Assembly (NCBI GenBank): GCA_964595055.1
Contig: CAZQOV010000001.1
Span: forward strand, 1,360-65,359
Source: an uncultured Bacteroidaceae bacterium
GTDB lineage: Bacteria > Bacteroidota > Bacteroidia > Bacteroidales > GCA-2748055
DNA length: 64,000 nt
Direction: 5' to 3'
Positions 58,219-64,000 of the stretch are shown here, one piece after another. Every line of letters starts with the position of its first letter. Position 1 is the first letter of the stretch. Below the pieces are notes generated by a model. It saw only the letters and a list, made by a program, of their open reading frames with translations, searched no databases and was not told the DNA's origin. The position numbers and the translations under genes are program-made.

Positions 58219-59073
58219 ATGACAAATCATCGAAATGTACCTAAAAACAAAAGGGAAGTGAAAAAACTAATTCCAATAATTATATTCATACTTTTTGCCG
58301 CTTCATCATTTTCACAGGAGATAAAAGTCAGAAAAATCAAAAAACTGCCTGTCGAAGAAAAAGCCTACTTTCCCAATTTCGGAAGAAATCATAAAGAAAT
58401 TTTGTTATCCGGGAAACACCATCAGGGTCTCACTCTGTATAACCGATGCAAAAGAAAAGAAAGGGAAATATCAGATGCAAGAGGTGCAGGAAGGGATTAT
58501 GTGGTAAAACAGGATGGAAATATCATTTTTTCCGAAAACAGCATTAAAGAAGGTAGAAAACTCACCGAATATAAAAGATATAATCCTGAAACCGGACAGA
58601 TCACTGCTGTTGAGTCTCCTCCTGCAGAAGACAAGCATATTAAAATAAAAGGTAAAAATCTGTCTCTTGTGCAGGGTCTGCATGAAGCAAAAGAGCTTAA
58701 CCCGATTGAAAATAAATACTATATATGGGCCTCACTCTCCCCTTCTGAAGACAAAATTCTGTTCACAGCAGCAGGAGACGGAACCTATGTATCAGATCTT
58801 GAGGGAAAAATTCTTCATGATATTGGATACCTTAATGCTCCCCAATGGCTAAATGAAGATTGGGTAATTGGAATGGATGACAAAGATGACGGAGAACAGG
58901 TGATTTCTTCTGATATCGTAGCGGTTCACCTGGAAACAGGAAAAAGAATTAATCTTACGCAAAAATCGGAGGTTATTGCCCAGTACCCTAAAGTATCACC
59001 AGAACAGAACAGGATTGTATATCATAGTCTTGAGGGTGGTGTCTATCTTATGAGGATTAGGATAAAAGAATAG
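58219..59073 (+). CDS. TolB-like / PD40 beta-propeller repeat protein with N-terminal signal-anchor
   Basis: LIPIIIFILFAASSFS, then PD40-like strands (SLSPSEDKILFTAAGDGTYVSDLEG; PKVSPEQNRIVYHSLEGGVYLM). I set the start to the ATG at 58219. Confidence 0.6.
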   Translation: MTNHRNVPKNKREVKKLIPIIIFILFAASSFSQEIKVRKIKKLPVEEKAYFPNFGRNHKEILLSGKHHQGLTLYNRCKRKEREISDARGAGRDYVVKQDGNIIFSENSIKEGRKLTEYKRYNPETGQITAVESPPAEDKHIKIKGKNLSLVQGLHEAKELNPIENKYYIWASLSPSEDKILFTAAGDGTYVSDLEGKILHDIGYLNAPQWLNEDWVIGMDDKDDGEQVISSDIVAVHLETGKRINLTQKSEVIAQYPKVSPEQNRIVYHSLEGGVYLMRIRIKE

Positions 59074-59110
59074 AAAGCGCTTAAAGTCTTACCGAATTAA
59101 AGCTAATACC

Positions 59111-61447
59111 TTGAAAAAGATATTTATAATACTACTGACCTTATTTTTTGGAACCCTTTACAGTTCCAGAGCTCAGACTCCTGACTTCACAGGATTAAAA
59201 GTGATGATAAACCCCGGCCACGGAGGACATGACTCAGATGACAGGGGCATGCCAAACGGTTTCTGGGAATCTGAAGGCAACCTGACCAAAGGATTGTGGT
59301 TAAGAGATCTTCTGGAAGCGAGAGGTTGTGAAGTGATCATGTCGAGAGTACTTAACCGGACCGAAGATGACCTGCCCCTATCGCAAATAGCCGAAATAGC
59401 CAACCAAAATGAGGTGGACTTATTTATTTCCATTCATTCCAATGCCGGAAATCAAAGCACCAATTACTGTATGACCATATTTAATGGAAAAAGCGAAACG
59501 CCAACTATTCCTGAGTCAAAAATCTGGGCTAAGATTTTATGGCAACATCTGGTCACAAACAAAGCAACTTTCTGGACAAATACAGATCCTAATTATATCG
59601 GAGATCTAACGCTTAATCCCAGCTGGACCTATGGATACGGAGTTCTTTATCCCCTGGCTGTACCGGGTATCATTTCCGAAGGAAGTATGCACGATTACCG
59701 ACCGGAAATGGATAGGTTATTAAACCTGGAATACCGTAAACAAGAAGCCTGGAACATGTTGTATGCCATGGAAGAGTACTTTCAGCTTCAGGGAAATGAA
59801 CCCTTCGGGAACATCGCAGGGATCATAAGAGATTCTCTGCTCATCAAGGATCATTACAGAATTGAAGGTTCTCCGGACAAATATCATGTGGTAAATAATG
59901 CCGTTGTTGAATTGCTGGAAACCGGAGAAACATATTTTGTAGATACCCTGAATACGGGCTATTATTATTTCGATAGCATTCCACCAGGAGATTATCATCT
60001 GAAATTTTCGGCCTATGAGTACTTCAATGATACGGTCGCAATTACCGTCCTGCCTCATGGCTTTACCTATCATAACCACTGGCTGGAGGCTGATAAAACA
60101 ATGCCTCCGGAGCTTATTCATACTACACCCTCAGAGGGTGGAACGATCGGATGTTACGATCCCATTACCTTTACCTTTGATATGAATATGGATTCTGCCA
60201 GTTTTGCAGAAGCTTTTTCAATTGAACCCCCAATAGATGGGAATTTTACCTGGGGTGAAAACTACCTTAAGGTATCTTTCCTGCCGGTTATCCCATATGA
60301 AACCCTCACCAATTATACCATATTCATTGACTCAACCGCAATGCATCAGTGGGAAGTATCTTTAGATACTACCTATAGCCTAAATTTCGTTACCGGTGAT
60401 CGAAACCGTTATTCACTGGAAAACAGTTTCCCCTCTGATGAACAAGCCAATATCAGTCCCTACCTTCAATTCCGACTGATTTTTGATGCACCTCTTAATA
60501 ATTCTTCCCTGATCAATGCAGTCAAAATAGTAACTTCTGAAGGTGAAACTATCGGAACCCGGGCTGCCATGATAAATACCTTTGAAGGAAAAGGCCATTA
60601 TTATTTCGAGCCTTCGAAAGACCTTGACTATGATAAAGAATATAATCTCCTCCTGGCTGGCTCAATCAAAGATGAAGATAACATCCCTCTTGTCGACACA
60701 CTGGAGATAACCTTTACCACAGGCTCACAACCCGGACCCATGGTCGTACTGGATGAAATGGAAAATCCTTCCGGTTGGAGCATTGATTTTCTCCAGAGTC
60801 CGGGACTCGATCCGGGTTCATTCCTTTACAAATGGTCTAAAACTTACAGGTCCGGTGCTGCCTCCTTGTTGATGAGATATGCATTCACAGAATCAGGGGC
60901 ATCGGCAATGCTTAAACCTGTAACACCAATCGCATTGAATCCCGCAGCAGGCAAAACAGGTATGTGGATTTGGGGAGAAATGAGCTATAATGATATTTTC
61001 CTGGGATTCGACAATGAAACCCATGTACTGCTTACAAATATCGATTTTGCAGGATGGAAATATTGTACTGTCGATATTCCTGAAGGAGCAACAAAACTGA
61101 CTTTTATAAGAATCACGAATACAGAAAACGGAGCTTTCGGAGGTGATCTGTATTTTGACAGGATAAGCCAACCCGACATCACTGGAAGAATAGTCTTCCC
61201 AGAAAAAAACATTAAGGTTTATCCCAATCCGGTAAGTGGAAATGTATTATGGGTTGAGGGATTGAAGAATGCTGAAAGTCAATACTCTATATTCTCACTA
61301 GACGGAAAATTGATTCAACGCAATATCCTTCCCCGTGGAGAGAACAAGATTCTTCTTGAGGACAAGGCTGTAAATCTCTCAATATTTATTTTAAAAGTGA
61401 GCCAGGATAACGTGGATCACAATATAATCATTAACAATCAAAATTAA
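59111..61447 (+). CDS. N-acetylmuramoyl-L-alanine amidase (Amidase_3) fused to CarboxypepD_reg-like, Ig-like and beta-sandwich domains and a T9SS C-terminal sorting domain
   Basis: Amidase_3 motifs INPGHGGHDSD, WESEGNL and FISIHSNAG (about 59189..59815). The CTD is VYPNPVSGNVLWV..YSIFSLDGK..IFILKV (61211..61444). The start codon is TTG. Confidence 0.87.
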   Translation: MKKIFIILLTLFFGTLYSSRAQTPDFTGLKVMINPGHGGHDSDDRGMPNGFWESEGNLTKGLWLRDLLEARGCEVIMSRVLNRTEDDLPLSQIAEIANQNEVDLFISIHSNAGNQSTNYCMTIFNGKSETPTIPESKIWAKILWQHLVTNKATFWTNTDPNYIGDLTLNPSWTYGYGVLYPLAVPGIISEGSMHDYRPEMDRLLNLEYRKQEAWNMLYAMEEYFQLQGNEPFGNIAGIIRDSLLIKDHYRIEGSPDKYHVVNNAVVELLETGETYFVDTLNTGYYYFDSIPPGDYHLKFSAYEYFNDTVAITVLPHGFTYHNHWLEADKTMPPELIHTTPSEGGTIGCYDPITFTFDMNMDSASFAEAFSIEPPIDGNFTWGENYLKVSFLPVIPYETLTNYTIFIDSTAMHQWEVSLDTTYSLNFVTGDRNRYSLENSFPSDEQANISPYLQFRLIFDAPLNNSSLINAVKIVTSEGETIGTRAAMINTFEGKGHYYFEPSKDLDYDKEYNLLLAGSIKDEDNIPLVDTLEITFTTGSQPGPMVVLDEMENPSGWSIDFLQSPGLDPGSFLYKWSKTYRSGAASLLMRYAFTESGASAMLKPVTPIALNPAAGKTGMWIWGEMSYNDIFLGFDNETHVLLTNIDFAGWKYCTVDIPEGATKLTFIRITNTENGAFGGDLYFDRISQPDITGRIVFPEKNIKVYPNPVSGNVLWVEGLKNAESQYSIFSLDGKLIQRNILPRGENKILLEDKAVNLSIFILKVSQDNVDHNIIINNQN

Positions 61448-61478
61448 AGCAAACGCTCAATTTATTAAAAACTGATAT

Positions 61479-64000
61479 ATGAATAAGGTACTATTGATGT
61501 TCGTTTTTCTCTCCACCGCAGCAATGCTTTTTGGTCAGGAGAGAACAGTTACAGGGAAGGTAACCGATGCAGAGGGAGAGCCCCTGATCGGGGCCAGTGT
61601 GGTGGCACAAACGCCCGCAGATGCAAGTCCTATCGGGAGCATAACTGATATCCGGGGAAATTTTAGCATTTCTGTTCCTGAATCAGTTAACACTCTTGTT
61701 ATATCCTATGTTGGTTATGAAACAAAGGAAATTGATATAAGCGGAAAAACCCAGGTGAATATTAGCCTGGAGCAATCAGCCATGCAACTGGATGATGTTG
61801 TGGTGACAGCCCTCGGTATCAAAAAAGAAGAAAAAGCCCTGGGATATGCTTTTTCGGATGTGAAAGGAGATGATTTGGTGACAAACAGGGATGTAAATTT
61901 TATTAACTCAGTGAGTAATAAAATTGCGGGAGTGAACATTTCTCAGACTGCCGGCGGTGCAGGAACTTCATCAAGGATTATCATCAGGGGCGTTAAATCT
62001 TTATCAACAGAAAGTCAGCCTCTTATTGTAATCGACGGCGTACCAATAGACAATTCTTCCGATGGTGCCACATGGCTTGGAGGAGTTGATTATGGGAACA
62101 GCCTGATGGGTGTTTCACCCGATGACATTGAAACCATGTCTGTCCTGAAGGGCCCTAATGCTGCAGCTCTGTATGGTTCAAGGGCAGCAGCGGGAGTTAT
62201 TCTTATCACCACAAAAAAAGGTACCGGAAGAGAAGAGCTGAAAGTAACATTAAATTCCAATTTCATGTTCGACAGAGCTTATATAGTAGCAAAATATCAA
62301 AATGAATATGGAGCAGGTTTTGGAGGTGGTATTCAAAAACAGCTCTTAACGGAAGAGCAACAGGAAAAGTTTGGCAGGGACTCTGCTTACTATTATTTTT
62401 CCACCGGAAGCTGGGGACCTAAGCTGGATGGAACGGTAGAAGTACTTAACTGGAATGATGAATTTGTAAAATTAACTCCCCAGCCAAACAATGTAAGAGA
62501 CTACTTTGAAAAGGGCTATACGCTTACAAATACAGTGGCTATTGAGAGCGGAAATGAGAAAACAAACTGGCGTTTTTCTGCTTCATCATTGAATAACAAA
62601 GGCTTGAAACCAAATAGCAATTACGACAGGAAAACAATCAATTTTAATATAAACACAAACCTGAATAAGTTTGCCTCTTTTAGTTTTAAAGGAAATTATA
62701 TAAGAGAAGATGCCTTTAACAGGGTTGGGCAGGGTGATGCAAGAACCGGTGCAAGGACATTTATATGGATGCCAAGAAGCATTAATATCAATACCCTGAG
62801 AGAAGACTACATGAGTGAAAACGGTTTTGAACAAAACTGGTATTTTGCCAGCGACTGGCATACCAATCCATTCTGGGAGGCTTTTGAAAATTACAATAAT
62901 GATAATAAGGATCAGTTTATCGGCTTTGCGAAATTAGACTTCAAATTCACCCCCTGGCTATCAGGGTATATCCGAAGCAGTATGGACACTTATGGTACCA
63001 AACGATATCTGAGAATAGCCAATAATGCTTTAAGGGCAAATGGTGAGGGTTTGTTTACCGAACGATGGGTGAATTATCGCTCATTGAATCATGACTTCCT
63101 GTTAACGGCTCAAAAAAGTTTCGGAGATGATCTGGATATCAATGTTAATTTTGGAGGAAATTACTTTGATTCCTTTGTTGACTATCAATCATCAACAATA
63201 AACGGCTTAGCGGTTCCGAATTTTTTCTCTCTCAATAATGCCAAATACCCGGCAGAAAATAATATTGGATCAACCCGGAGGCAGAAAAGAATCAATTCAT
63301 TATATGGTTCTGCACAATTTAATTACAAAACCTGGTATTATCTTGAATTAACAGGTAGAAACGATTGGTCATCTACCCTTCCACTTGATAACAATTCCTA
63401 CTTTTATCCATCACTGAACACCAGTTTTGTTTTCAGTAATGCGTTTAATATGGATAAGCGAATACTATCATTTGGGAAAATACGATTCTCCTACGCTTTT
63501 GTAGGGAATGATACAAATCCTTACCAGTTGGAAAATGTATTTATTAATCAGCAGTATGGAGAGGTGCCGGCTGTATATCTGGACAGAAACGGAAAAAATC
63601 CAAATTTGAAGCCTGAGAAAACCGGATCATGGGAAATTGGTACAGATCTTCGCTTTTTTCAAAACCGAATCGGTTTGGACCTGACCTATTATGATGAAGT
63701 TACCTATGACCAGATTGTAGAAGCAGAGATATCAAAAGCCTCAGGGTTCAAAAGCATAATTACCAATGGTGGTGAAATTGCAAACCGCGGCGTGGAAGCT
63801 CAGTTAAATCTTAGCCCGGTAAGGACCTCAAATGTAGATTGGGATATTAACCTTAACTATGCCAAAAACGAAAACGCAGTTTTATCCCTGGCCGGTGGCC
63901 TTTCACAATTTACCATTACCAATGAAAGCCAGATAGATATTGTAGCTATTCCGGGTCGTCCATATGGTGAAATCATAGGAACTACTATTACAAGGTATTA
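61479..64000 (+). CDS. SusC/RagA-family TonB-linked outer-membrane receptor (partial; continues beyond window end)
   Basis: Edge-truncated ORF not in the track. My translation gives MNKVLLMFVFLSTAAMLFGQERTVTGKVTDAEGEPLIGASVV..VISYVGYETKEIDISGKTQVNISLEQSAMQLDDVVVTALGIKKEEKALGYA..IIIRGVKSL..PLIVIDGVPIDN..MSVLKGPNAAALYGSRAAAGVILITTKKG. Confidence 0.9.
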   Translation, partial: MNKVLLMFVFLSTAAMLFGQERTVTGKVTDAEGEPLIGASVVAQTPADASPIGSITDIRGNFSISVPESVNTLVISYVGYETKEIDISGKTQVNISLEQSAMQLDDVVVTALGIKKEEKALGYAFSDVKGDDLVTNRDVNFINSVSNKIAGVNISQTAGGAGTSSRIIIRGVKSLSTESQPLIVIDGVPIDNSSDGATWLGGVDYGNSLMGVSPDDIETMSVLKGPNAAALYGSRAAAGVILITTKKGTGREELKVTLNSNFMFDRAYIVAKYQNEYGAGFGGGIQKQLLTEEQQEKFGRDSAYYYFSTGSWGPKLDGTVEVLNWNDEFVKLTPQPNNVRDYFEKGYTLTNTVAIESGNEKTNWRFSASSLNNKGLKPNSNYDRKTINFNINTNLNKFASFSFKGNYIREDAFNRVGQGDARTGARTFIWMPRSININTLREDYMSENGFEQNWYFASDWHTNPFWEAFENYNNDNKDQFIGFAKLDFKFTPWLSGYIRSSMDTYGTKRYLRIANNALRANGEGLFTERWVNYRSLNHDFLLTAQKSFGDDLDINVNFGGNYFDSFVDYQSSTINGLAVPNFFSLNNAKYPAENNIGSTRRQKRINSLYGSAQFNYKTWYYLELTGRNDWSSTLPLDNNSYFYPSLNTSFVFSNAFNMDKRILSFGKIRFSYAFVGNDTNPYQLENVFINQQYGEVPAVYLDRNGKNPNLKPEKTGSWEIGTDLRFFQNRIGLDLTYYDEVTYDQIVEAEISKASGFKSIITNGGEIANRGVEAQLNLSPVRTSNVDWDINLNYAKNENAVLSLAGGLSQFTITNESQIDIVAIPGRPYGEIIGTTITRY

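Overview
A 64-kb chromosomal segment from an AT-rich Bacteroidota genome. The phylum call rests on three Por/T9SS C-terminal sorting domains, a SusC/RagA-type receptor, TAnnTTTG -7 promoter boxes and the absence of Shine-Dalgarno sites. I count about 45 protein-coding genes and found no rRNA, tRNA, CRISPR array, integrase or prophage. Two long ORFs run off the window edges and are missing from the ORF track: a TonB-dependent receptor at 1..1851 (-) and a SusC-like receptor at 61479..64000 (+). Positions 1-37 kb are mostly housekeeping: metA, asnA, ndk, recF, ribH, yidC, pyrG, trmD, mnmA, an AddA/AddB-type helicase-nuclease pair, three tandem FKBP lipoproteins, hsp20 and a DUF349 protein. Oddities in this part are two paralogous fused LeuC/LeuD-type aconitase-family genes flanking asnA, a solitary RAYT-type HUH transposase with a perfect flanking hairpin, and an 866-bp non-coding gap. 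Positions 37-64 kb look accessory and are the most interesting part, forming two divergent arms around an AT-rich region at 52.2-52.6 kb. The minus arm is a tightly packed run: GHL10 hydrolase, GT2, HIT-like HxHxQ enzyme, double GNAT, SpoIID-like protein without signal peptide, AmpG-family permease with a ~195-aa insertion, NagB fused to an LmbE-like domain, a YdiJ-like FAD/Fe-S dehydrogenase, a GntR/FadR regulator and a hypothetical gene. The plus arm encodes two repeat-rich T9SS cargo proteins, a TolB-like propeller, a T9SS-secreted Amidase_3 peptidoglycan amidase and a SusC-type receptor. My main hypothesis, which is inference only, is that this is a peptidoglycan/muropeptide foraging and salvage locus whose cytoplasmic core has no assigned biochemistry.
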